From: an uncultured virus (IMG/VR IMGVR_UViG_3300017774_007075)
Taxonomy: Duplodnaviria; Heunggongvirae; Uroviricota; Caudoviricetes
Length of the DNA: 64,000 nucleotides
Reading direction: 5' to 3' (one strand)
IMG/VR virus record: IMGVR_UViG_3300017774_007075
Location: 1 to 64,000 of that record
Every line of letters starts with the position of its first letter. Within the stretch, counting starts at the first letter, position 1. The notes beneath the pieces were generated by a model that saw nothing but the letters and a program-made list of their open reading frames with translations, did no database searches and was not told the DNA's origin. Made by a program: the position numbers and the translations under genes. Positions 19,630 to 28,597 of the stretch are shown here, in pieces.

Positions 19630-20297
19630 TAAATTATTCCCGAACCAATTAAAAATTTAATAACATCATTGTTGTTTGTTGATTTTAAAAAATAATAAAG
19701 ATTATCATCATTCCAAGTAGGTGAAGCAGGGTCATTATTTTGTCTTTCTTGATTGGTTATGTTGAATTTTACTGGACCATTTCCTGAAGTAATATTACTT
19801 TTTCTTTCATAATTATTGGGGCTTTTTAACATACTTTTATCATATGCAAAACCATTATCAGGATTACCATAAAAATTAACAATATCGGTTTTATCTAATT
19901 TTATAAATTTTGTTTGAATATAATCACCATTAGCAAACCATTTACTATTCCTTTGTTTACCACCCAAAAGGTCATTATTATCTTTTAATCTATTTGGTGT
20001 CATAATATGTGAACATACATATTTATCATTTAAAGCAGTTGCCCATGAATTATTATAATCTGTAGCATATTTCGTTGCAATTATTTCTGTTGCTGCTATT
20101 GCAAGACCAACAGGATTTAAAACCAATGGTGCATATCTATAAAATTGCACAACTCCTTTAAAAACAGGATTTTTTAAAAGTTTTCCAACTGCTGTATCTG
20201 CAAATGGTTTTGAAGTATTATACATAAAGTTTATAAAATAAACACTCATGTTTAACCATTGATTTTTTATTGCGTATGCGTATGTGTGGTCTGCCAT
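19629..20297 (-). CDS. Hypothetical protein
   Basis: 222-aa ORF coupled to the next gene (TAATG). Confidence 0.55.
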   Translation of the reverse strand: MADHTYAYAIKNQWLNMSVYFINFMYNTSKPFADTAVGKLLKNPVFKGVVQFYRYAPLVLNPVGLAIAATEIIATKYATDYNNSWATALNDKYVCSHIMTPNRLKDNNDLLGGKQRNSKWFANGDYIQTKFIKLDKTDIVNFYGNPDNGFAYDKSMLKSPNNYERKSNITSGNGPVKFNITNQERQNNDPASPTWNDDNLYYFLKSTNNNDVIKFLIGSGII

Positions 20298-20313
20298 AAT
20301 TTATTATATATTA

Positions 20314-23300
20314 CTAAACTGTAAGAAAATTATTGTTTGTTGAAGAACCATAATAAGTTTGAAAAGTTCCACTATAAAATGTAGTACTATCTGAAACTCT
20401 TTCAGTATTTGCATTAATTCTTGTTTCAATATTCCAATTTGTTATTGTTGGGTCTGAAGAACCTGCTGGTACATTTTGATGCCATTCTTTGAAATAATAA
20501 AGATTAAATAAATCTATTCTAAAAATAAAAAGTATTTTATTATTATTGTATAAAGTACCAAAACTTACAATACCGTTATTATTATCTTTATTAACAACCA
20601 AATATTCACCATTTACATCTTCATTACCATTAATATCTAAAAGATTACCAACATATGTATTAAAATAAGTTTTTTGTGAAGGGTCTGAAATTTTTATTCT
20701 AAAACTCCAATCTTTATCATTAAAAATATTACCAATACTATCAACAACAAAATTCTTATCTAATTCAATTGCTAATGTTAATTGATATGTATCTTTATTA
20801 TTATCTATCATATCATAAATGTTTATACCTAACTTTTCTTTTGATGGTATTATGTCACTTACAGGTGGGGTTGAATCTGATTGATAAAATTTAATAGCTA
20901 ATGGTGTATTTACAGGACCATGATATGTTGGTGACATTGTTGTATTATAGATACTAGAAAATGTTGATATATATTCTGTGGTTGGGTCTGACGCTTTTCC
21001 TGCAATAAAAGTCCAGTTTGTTATTTCACTATTGTTTGTAAATGAAAACCAATTTTTAAAATTAATTGGGTCAAATCTTACTTGAAAATATTTAACTTTA
21101 TATGGCGCACTTCCTCCTATTTCATAATTACGATATGGTGCTAAATTTTGAATTGATACTAAACAATCATTATTTGGCCCTAATAATTCATCATCTAAAA
21201 AACGATTTTGAAACTCAGATAATTGTGTCGGATTTGGTTTTATTTGGAAATCCCATAAATCATTTGTGCTTGAAACATAAGTGCTATTTAATAAAATTGT
21301 TATAAAAAGATTAACATAATCATTTGGATATGTCACGTTATAATTATAAATATTTAAACCCTTTATAGCAAAATTAGCATTTTCCCAATTAGCCGAATTT
21401 TCATTTATCCTATAAAATCCAACAAAACTTGGTTTATTAGTTGGTTCTGGTCCTGGAGGTTCTACATCAGTTAAAAAGTCACCATTGTCAATATTATTTA
21501 TATTACCATCAATACCTAAATAAGTTAAATGATTATAAAATGATGTATATTCAAGGTCTGAATTATTATTTCTATTATATGTTGATGGTGAATATGTGTC
21601 ATCAGGAGTATTAAAAGCACCTGTAAATAATATATTAGTTTGTTCATCCCAACCAATTGTTTTAGGTTCTAACATATCATCATCACCACTTTCTTGATTT
21701 TGGTCAAAAGTAGCTTTTCTAACTTCATTATATTGTGCTACACTATATATCTCACCAAAATCAAAAGTAAAGTGTTTCCATATCCAAGTAATTGGATTTA
21801 TGTTATAATCAAAATATTGTGGTATTTTTAGTTTAATTCTAGCAGTTCTATCTCTTGTAGGTGGGTTATCGGGTTCTTCTTTATGTGAAAGAAGAAAATA
21901 ACCTCTAAATTGTGTAAATATACCAATATCTGAATTGGGGTCAACTTCTATTAAATCACCCTCTTCATTAGTAATAACTTTTTTTCTATTTGGTGGCAAT
22001 AATACAACAAAATTACCATCATTAATATATTTTATATATTTATTGCTTTGTAATAATTCAATATCACTATCACTATCATATTGTGTTGATATTGTAGTGT
22101 TATCGGGTGATAAATTATTTAAAGTATCACAAATTGCATCAGGTACTGTATTTTTTATTGACATTACTTTAATATCAATATCACCTCTTTTGTGTTTATC
22201 TAAAAATAAAGTATCAGTTATTTCTCCACCTAATAAAGTTATTGCTTTATCTCTTGTACAAGCATCAGCTAATTTCAATCTTAAATCAAAAGGTTCAGAA
22301 TTAACTTTACCACCTCTTAAAGTACAGTATCTTTTTTGAAAGAAAAGAAAATTAAAAAATGGTATTATATATTTTACTCTTAGACCAAGACAAATTTTAA
22401 AACTATTACAATCTGCTCTTTGATAAGGTGTATTTTTATTTATATTAACAATGTCATTATCTGAACCAAAACCAATAATTTGTAAACATATTCTTATACT
22501 AATTGAATAATAAATTGATATCCAATTATTTGTATTATCTGGGGTACAATTACCAATTAAATCAACACAAAGACTTCTTAAACCAATTAATGCTCTAAAA
22601 ACAATTCTATCTCCCCACCAAGCAGAGTTGTTTTGTGTAAAGTAATTACCGATAACTGTACTAAATGGTCTTATCTTTTTTGTGATATTAAAATCAATTC
22701 TATTAATACCAACACTTGTATTTTCTTGATTTTGTGACCATAATGGATTTACATATATTGGTAAATTTTGTATATCAATATTTGGTAATCTTTCTAATGG
22801 AATATCTTCATTGATTAATGTACCTGTTTCATTAAAATAATTTTCAGAATAACCATCTAATTTTAATAATGCTGCTGTGGTTGAAAACTTACCAATATCG
22901 GTAATATCACAACACATAGTAACAACATAATTTCTATTTGATGGTACTGTTAAAATATAATCACCGCTTTCATTTGTAACAGTTGTATATCTTAAATATT
23001 TATCATAGACATATGCTACAGTTTCATTAACTAATATTTCTTCTTTTTCGGGGAATGTACCCACAGGTGTTATTGGTGTTGCACCAATACCAAATTCATT
23101 ATCAGGAAACCCATTAACATTTCTATTTTTAGCATATTTTGGTAAAAGATTATATACTTTACCTGAACTATCTTTATCATATACTGTTTGATAGGGATAT
23201 AACGCTAATGCTTCGATTTTTTTAATATCATCTAAACTTGTCGGAATTATTTCTTCGTTTTCATCAATTGGGACGAATACTGAAATACGACAGTTTGGTA

Positions 23301-23517
23301 TACCAATACCTGTACCTAAAACTCTACCGACAATAACACCATAATCTGCATCAAATAATCTATAGATATCTTTTTGAAATATCTTTAATGATAGGATATC
23401 TAGAGATTCATAGGTTTGGTCAAGTTTCACATTAATGAACTTATCACCTATGTTTGTTTTTACTCTAATGGATTTGTGATTCTTATTGTTACTTCTTAGA
23501 AAGTTAAAAAAATTCAT
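20314..23517 (-). CDS. Large putative virion (baseplate/tail) protein
   Basis: 1067 aa; YGVIVGRV...GIPNCRISVF and TTVTNESGDY resemble a transthyretin/carboxypeptidase-regulatory-like fold; late motif upstream. Confidence 0.55.
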   Translation of the reverse strand: MNFFNFLRSNNKNHKSIRVKTNIGDKFINVKLDQTYESLDILSLKIFQKDIYRLFDADYGVIVGRVLGTGIGIPNCRISVFVPIDENEEIIPTSLDDIKKIEALALYPYQTVYDKDSSGKVYNLLPKYAKNRNVNGFPDNEFGIGATPITPVGTFPEKEEILVNETVAYVYDKYLRYTTVTNESGDYILTVPSNRNYVVTMCCDITDIGKFSTTAALLKLDGYSENYFNETGTLINEDIPLERLPNIDIQNLPIYVNPLWSQNQENTSVGINRIDFNITKKIRPFSTVIGNYFTQNNSAWWGDRIVFRALIGLRSLCVDLIGNCTPDNTNNWISIYYSISIRICLQIIGFGSDNDIVNINKNTPYQRADCNSFKICLGLRVKYIIPFFNFLFFQKRYCTLRGGKVNSEPFDLRLKLADACTRDKAITLLGGEITDTLFLDKHKRGDIDIKVMSIKNTVPDAICDTLNNLSPDNTTISTQYDSDSDIELLQSNKYIKYINDGNFVVLLPPNRKKVITNEEGDLIEVDPNSDIGIFTQFRGYFLLSHKEEPDNPPTRDRTARIKLKIPQYFDYNINPITWIWKHFTFDFGEIYSVAQYNEVRKATFDQNQESGDDDMLEPKTIGWDEQTNILFTGAFNTPDDTYSPSTYNRNNNSDLEYTSFYNHLTYLGIDGNINNIDNGDFLTDVEPPGPEPTNKPSFVGFYRINENSANWENANFAIKGLNIYNYNVTYPNDYVNLFITILLNSTYVSSTNDLWDFQIKPNPTQLSEFQNRFLDDELLGPNNDCLVSIQNLAPYRNYEIGGSAPYKVKYFQVRFDPINFKNWFSFTNNSEITNWTFIAGKASDPTTEYISTFSSIYNTTMSPTYHGPVNTPLAIKFYQSDSTPPVSDIIPSKEKLGINIYDMIDNNKDTYQLTLAIELDKNFVVDSIGNIFNDKDWSFRIKISDPSQKTYFNTYVGNLLDINGNEDVNGEYLVVNKDNNNGIVSFGTLYNNNKILFIFRIDLFNLYYFKEWHQNVPAGSSDPTITNWNIETRINANTERVSDSTTFYSGTFQTYYGSSTNNNFLTV

Positions 23518-23527
23518 GATAGTTTCT

Positions 23528-23552
23528 AATAAATAGTTCTTAACTATTTATA
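23528..23552. promoter_or_regulatory. Back-to-back divergent late promoters (inverted repeat)
   Basis: ATAAATAGTT-ctt-AACTATTTAT between the divergent starts at 23517 and 23567. Confidence 0.75.
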
Positions 23553-23566
23553 TAAAATCATTATAA

Positions 23567-26500
23567 GTGGCAAAAAAGTTTAAATATATTGGTAGTAAAG
23601 CTGTTAACAAAGATTCTTTACCATCATTTTCAGTTTTTAATGATACCTTTCAAACCACTATTTTTAATGGTGGGATTAAGCTATCAACCAAATTTGCAAC
23701 TAACCAACAGATTAGTAGGGAGAAGCGTATTATTATAACACAAAAAGATGTTACACTTAATGATTTAAAAATTAATAACATAGCCGAACTTAATAATTTT
23801 ATTAAGATTACAAATAAACTAAAATTAAATCTTGATACTGTTAATTTATCAAACTATGCGGTTTATGGGTCACTAAAAGAGAAATTTAGAGTTGCGGTAA
23901 ATAATATTATTAATAAATTTCCTGGTGGTTTAGCAGTTAAGACTTATTTGAGTGGTGTATCATATTTTAATATATTAGATTACACATATGATTCAGCAAA
24001 TAATATTTCAACATTTAGAAGTCCAATAACTATAATTGATAATCCATTCTTTTTAAATTTATATTCTAATTCCAATTTATCATCATCAATAATTAATAAT
24101 GTTACAACAAGATATCTTGATTATGTATTATTATATAATAACATTGATTATGGTATAAATGGTTTTACGGGTTTTAGTAATTCAAATTCTTCTTATTTAT
24201 ATTTTAGTATAAATGGTAACCCTTTTGGTGCATTTTCAGCAAATTCAATTAGTGATGAATTTGTTATTAAACCAAATGATATTGAATTTAATAAATTCTA
24301 CAATTCATTAAATGAACTTGAGAGATATTTTTTAAATAAAAATGCAAATCCAAAATATAGTTTTGATTTTAAGATACCTGAAATTGATGAAGATGATGAT
24401 TTAACTTTTATTAATTATACTTTTCAATTTCCTGTAAAAGGTGATGGTTATAATTTAGATACTGATTCATTAAATTATGTTGATTTATTAGAAAAATTAT
24501 TTTCAATTGGTGATTTGTATGATGAATACAAATCAAATTTAATTATAAGAAAATTTATTCCAAAAACTTTAATAGATTTTGATGGTACTGATTCTTTTAA
24601 ATCAGAATCAATGTTTAAAATTTATGGTAAAGAAATTGACGAAATTAAATTATTCATTGATTCATTAATGAGTATCAATACTGTTACTTATGACAAAATT
24701 AATAATATTCCTGATACTTTAATTAAAAATCTTGCAAGAACTTTAGGGTGGAAGGCTCAGAATATTATTAATGATAAGGATTTATTATCTTCAGTTTTTG
24801 CCAATGATAGAAGTGGTGATACGGATATATCTGCTTCACTTGCTGAAGTTGATATTGAACTTTGGAGAAGACTTACAATTAATACTGCTTGGTTTTTAAA
24901 ATCAAAAGGTACAAGAAAGGCTATTGAAACTATATTTACTTTTATTGGCGCACCCGATTGTTTAATCTCTTTTGATGAACATGTTTATGTGGTTGATAGT
25001 CCAATTAGTGCTAGATATGCATTATCAAATTTAATCGGTCCTGAAGATAATACTTTAGCTATACCACCATATGATGAAAATGGTTTTCCTATTGCACCTA
25101 GTGTAAAATCTAGTCAATATTTTCAAGTAAGTGGAAATACCGATTCAGGTCAAGAATATATCAACATATATAGAAGACTAGGTTATAATGTTACAAAAAC
25201 TGTTGATAATAAAAAAGCATGGGTTTATTATGAAAGTGCAAATACACATTCGTCAAGCGGTAGAAATACAAACTACAATATTAATGATTCAAGATTAATT
25301 ATTAACACCAAAGAAGTTACTATAAATATTGATGCAGCTAGAGCAATTGAATGTGATGTTTATAATTTTAATCAAGATTATAATTATCCTGTTTCAAGTA
25401 CAGGTAGAACTTCTCCATATCCACAAAGAAGTTCAAATATATTTGGTACAACACAATTAACATTTGCTGAATATGTACAAGAAATATATTCTAAATTTAT
25501 TAATGCACAGAATAGAAAAGTTACTGAATCGGCAATTGGTTCTCACTATCCTTCATTAACAAAACTTTATTATGATTATTATTCAAATAATAATTCAAAT
25601 AAAAGAAATTTTGCTGATTTAAATAAATATATTGATAATTTAGATAATATTTTCGATACTTTTGTTAAACAATTTATTCCTGCTACGACCATATTCAATG
25701 ATAGTGCATTTAATATAAGAAATAGTGTTTTTACACCTCAAAAATATGCATATAAACATGGTATTGATGATGGTTCTGAGTTTGAAGTTGAAATACAATT
25801 GCCAATTGAAACTGATGTATCTTTAGTTAGTATTGAGTCTGAATTTTTTGATACATTTGATAATGATATACCAATAGCAACAATAGAGAGTAGTGTAAGT
25901 GTTAGTGATAATGGTAATATTGATACTGATTTTTTTGCAAATGTTGAACAAAATGTAAATTTATCACCATTATGGAATTCAAAGGTTTGTGAAAACGAAA
26001 AATCTTCTTTTGCTTTAACAGGTGCAACAAAAATTGAATTGTCTAGTTTAACTCAAACATCAATATTTAATAAAACAACTGAAACAGGACATACTTTAAC
26101 ATTTAACTTTACATCTGCTACTTCAACATTGTCAGCAAATACTACTTTATTCTATTATTCAATTCACAAATATGATAGAGATATTGGTGGATTTAGTGAA
26201 ACATCTGTTTATACTGCTAAGACATTAGGTTATACAGCATTTACGGGTTCTAGTATATTAACAAATGTAATAAGTGGTTCATATTTATCTTGTGATTCAG
26301 AATATATAATTAAACCATATTTTGAATATACAACTTGTCTTGATACAGGTACAACAATTACAATTATACCATCATCAAGTACAGTATATGAATATTTTAT
26401 TATTTCAGGTTATCCATATCAATCATTTACAAGAACCACATATGAGTTTATTGAACCTAGTACAATAACTTCATCAATACCAATTAATGTTATTTCAAGT

Positions 26501-27559
26501 GAAAATAAATTATATTCAGAAAGTAACTTATTTTTTAATTATAATACATTAACTGCAAATACAGGTTCAAATATTACAACATTAATTAATAAAACTGCTT
26601 ATACACCATCATTTAATTATTACAATAAATTAGATGATTATTATTTTGTTTCACTTTGTGAACCTGAAAAACCTGTTTTATCTTTTCCGTCAACAAGACC
26701 TGACGACCAAAGTTCATTATTTGTAGAAACAATACCTGTTACTAATGATGTTTTTTCATCATTTACAATAACATATGAACCAATTGGTGAAGTTTTAGTT
26801 TCTGTAAATGGATTAACATTACAAAAAAATTTAGAATATAGTAATGATGCTAGTATTACAATTACAAGCATAAGAAACAGGTCTTTTACGTTATCACAAT
26901 CTTTAATAAAAAATCAGAGTGATGTTTTAACTGTTGCTTACTATAGAAATGTTGCTAATACGCAACAATTGGTTAAAGAAGATTTATTATATACAGGTTC
27001 AAGTCAAATAGTTAGTGCAAGTACGGGTTTTTATGAAATAACTTTATCAAAGAATAGAATTAATAATAGTGATATTGCGGTTTTTGCAAATGGTAGCTTA
27101 TTAATGAAAAATACTGATTATCAAGTATCATCATATGATGATAATAAAGTAATATTATTATTTCAACCACCAACTAATCCTATTACAATATCTGTTTCGT
27201 ATTTATCAAATTTTTTATTTGATTCCTCTACACTAATTGAAGCAACAGGTCCAAATTATACTGTTAATTGGTCATTGAATAATATAATATCTAATAATCA
27301 AATTGGTAAATTTGTTCATCAATTTTATGATTTAGCAAATACAGGATTGACAGGAACGACTCTTTATTCAGCAGAAACAGCATATGCTTATAATACAACA
27401 CAATTCTCAAATACATTTGGATGGCAAAGTGTATCATTAACACCAGGAACAACGTATTATTATAGAATTTCATCTGAAAAATATTTTACAACAATAAATA
27501 ATATTAATTTAAGTTCAGTAACTTATAGTGAAACATATAGACTAAAAATACCATTATAA
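23567..27559 (+). CDS. Large baseplate wedge-like protein (gp7/P2 gpI-like domain) with S/T-rich C-terminal domains
   Basis: IPDTLIKNLARTLGW...FLKSKGTRKAIETIFTFIG; GTG start. Confidence 0.65.
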   Translation: MAKKFKYIGSKAVNKDSLPSFSVFNDTFQTTIFNGGIKLSTKFATNQQISREKRIIITQKDVTLNDLKINNIAELNNFIKITNKLKLNLDTVNLSNYAVYGSLKEKFRVAVNNIINKFPGGLAVKTYLSGVSYFNILDYTYDSANNISTFRSPITIIDNPFFLNLYSNSNLSSSIINNVTTRYLDYVLLYNNIDYGINGFTGFSNSNSSYLYFSINGNPFGAFSANSISDEFVIKPNDIEFNKFYNSLNELERYFLNKNANPKYSFDFKIPEIDEDDDLTFINYTFQFPVKGDGYNLDTDSLNYVDLLEKLFSIGDLYDEYKSNLIIRKFIPKTLIDFDGTDSFKSESMFKIYGKEIDEIKLFIDSLMSINTVTYDKINNIPDTLIKNLARTLGWKAQNIINDKDLLSSVFANDRSGDTDISASLAEVDIELWRRLTINTAWFLKSKGTRKAIETIFTFIGAPDCLISFDEHVYVVDSPISARYALSNLIGPEDNTLAIPPYDENGFPIAPSVKSSQYFQVSGNTDSGQEYINIYRRLGYNVTKTVDNKKAWVYYESANTHSSSGRNTNYNINDSRLIINTKEVTINIDAARAIECDVYNFNQDYNYPVSSTGRTSPYPQRSSNIFGTTQLTFAEYVQEIYSKFINAQNRKVTESAIGSHYPSLTKLYYDYYSNNNSNKRNFADLNKYIDNLDNIFDTFVKQFIPATTIFNDSAFNIRNSVFTPQKYAYKHGIDDGSEFEVEIQLPIETDVSLVSIESEFFDTFDNDIPIATIESSVSVSDNGNIDTDFFANVEQNVNLSPLWNSKVCENEKSSFALTGATKIELSSLTQTSIFNKTTETGHTLTFNFTSATSTLSANTTLFYYSIHKYDRDIGGFSETSVYTAKTLGYTAFTGSSILTNVISGSYLSCDSEYIIKPYFEYTTCLDTGTTITIIPSSSTVYEYFIISGYPYQSFTRTTYEFIEPSTITSSIPINVISSENKLYSESNLFFNYNTLTANTGSNITTLINKTAYTPSFNYYNKLDDYYFVSLCEPEKPVLSFPSTRPDDQSSLFVETIPVTNDVFSSFTITYEPIGEVLVSVNGLTLQKNLEYSNDASITITSIRNRSFTLSQSLIKNQSDVLTVAYYRNVANTQQLVKEDLLYTGSSQIVSASTGFYEITLSKNRINNSDIAVFANGSLLMKNTDYQVSSYDDNKVILLFQPPTNPITISVSYLSNFLFDSSTLIEATGPNYTVNWSLNNIISNNQIGKFVHQFYDLANTGLTGTTLYSAETAYAYNTTQFSNTFGWQSVSLTPGTTYYYRISSEKYFTTINNINLSSVTYSETYRLKIPL

Positions 27560-27560
27560 T

Positions 27561-28553
27561 ATGTCAGAATTAACTTACGGAAGAGAATATATTAAAACAT
27601 CATTAAATAATAATAAACCATTAGCAATTAATAAAAATGTTGTTATTGCAAAGGTACTTGATACTGATGACCCTAAAAATGGAGGAAGAATAAAAGTTTT
27701 TATTGATGGTATTGACCAAGTAACAACACCTGTAACTTCATTACCATATGCATATCCATTAATGTCAAGAGTATTACATGTAATGCCAAAAGTTGGTGAG
27801 GCAGTATTAATATTGATGGCAGATATAAAAGTTGATAAGCAAGACCAATTAACAGGTAATAGATTTTGGATTGGTCCATTACTTACCAATTATGAATTTA
27901 TTAATTATGATAATACAGATGTAACTGCATTACTTACCACAAAAAATACATATGCAATAAATAAAAATATTACTTCTGACCCTTTACAAGGTTCTAAATC
28001 ACAAAATAGAAAGTCTGATGAATTAGATATTTTTCCTGTTGATACTAACACACCACCTCAAAGAGAATCTAATTTAGATGATGTGACAATAGTTGGTAGA
28101 AATAATACGGATATTACTCAATCTGAAAATAAAATTACATTAAGAGCAGGTAAACATAAAAAAGATAAACCAACAAACTTTAATAATATTAATCCTGCAT
28201 ATTCTATTTTAGAATTTATTCGTGAAAATGAAAACGAAAATGAAAAAAACTCATATTCATTAACTGTTGGTGATGAAATATTTCTAATAAGTCATAAAGG
28301 TAAATATAGTTTTAAAAAAGTATTAACAAAAGATGATATTGATTCAATGAGACAAAATTCTCAATCAATGCTTTATGGTGAATTAACCGTTACTTATTTA
28401 AAAACATTAACAGAAGTATTTTTAAATCATATACATACACATCCACAAGAAACACCAACATATAAGGATGGTAAAAGAGGTAGGATAGATGAATTAAGAG
28501 AGCAATTGAAAAACATTGAAAATTTATTAGCTAAAAACGTCAAAATTAACTAA
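27561..28553 (+). CDS. Baseplate central spike protein (gp5/gpV-like OB fold)
   Basis: DDPKNGGRIKV...PKVGEAVLI...RFWIG; C-terminal HIHTH. Confidence 0.8.
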   Translation: MSELTYGREYIKTSLNNNKPLAINKNVVIAKVLDTDDPKNGGRIKVFIDGIDQVTTPVTSLPYAYPLMSRVLHVMPKVGEAVLILMADIKVDKQDQLTGNRFWIGPLLTNYEFINYDNTDVTALLTTKNTYAINKNITSDPLQGSKSQNRKSDELDIFPVDTNTPPQRESNLDDVTIVGRNNTDITQSENKITLRAGKHKKDKPTNFNNINPAYSILEFIRENENENEKNSYSLTVGDEIFLISHKGKYSFKKVLTKDDIDSMRQNSQSMLYGELTVTYLKTLTEVFLNHIHTHPQETPTYKDGKRGRIDELREQLKNIENLLAKNVKIN

Positions 28554-28568
28554 GTTTTGGTTTTCTAA

Positions 28569-28578
28569 ACTATTTATA
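28569..28578 (+). promoter_or_regulatory. Putative late promoter ACTATTTATA
   Basis: Exact consensus 19 nt before the sheath ATG. Confidence 0.7.
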
Positions 28579-28597
28579 ATAAATCATATTATAAAAC

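Noticed and set aside
20298..20316. Readthrough fusing 20314..23517 to 19629..20297
   Set aside because: TAG is followed immediately by in-frame TAA, and the downstream ORF is in another frame
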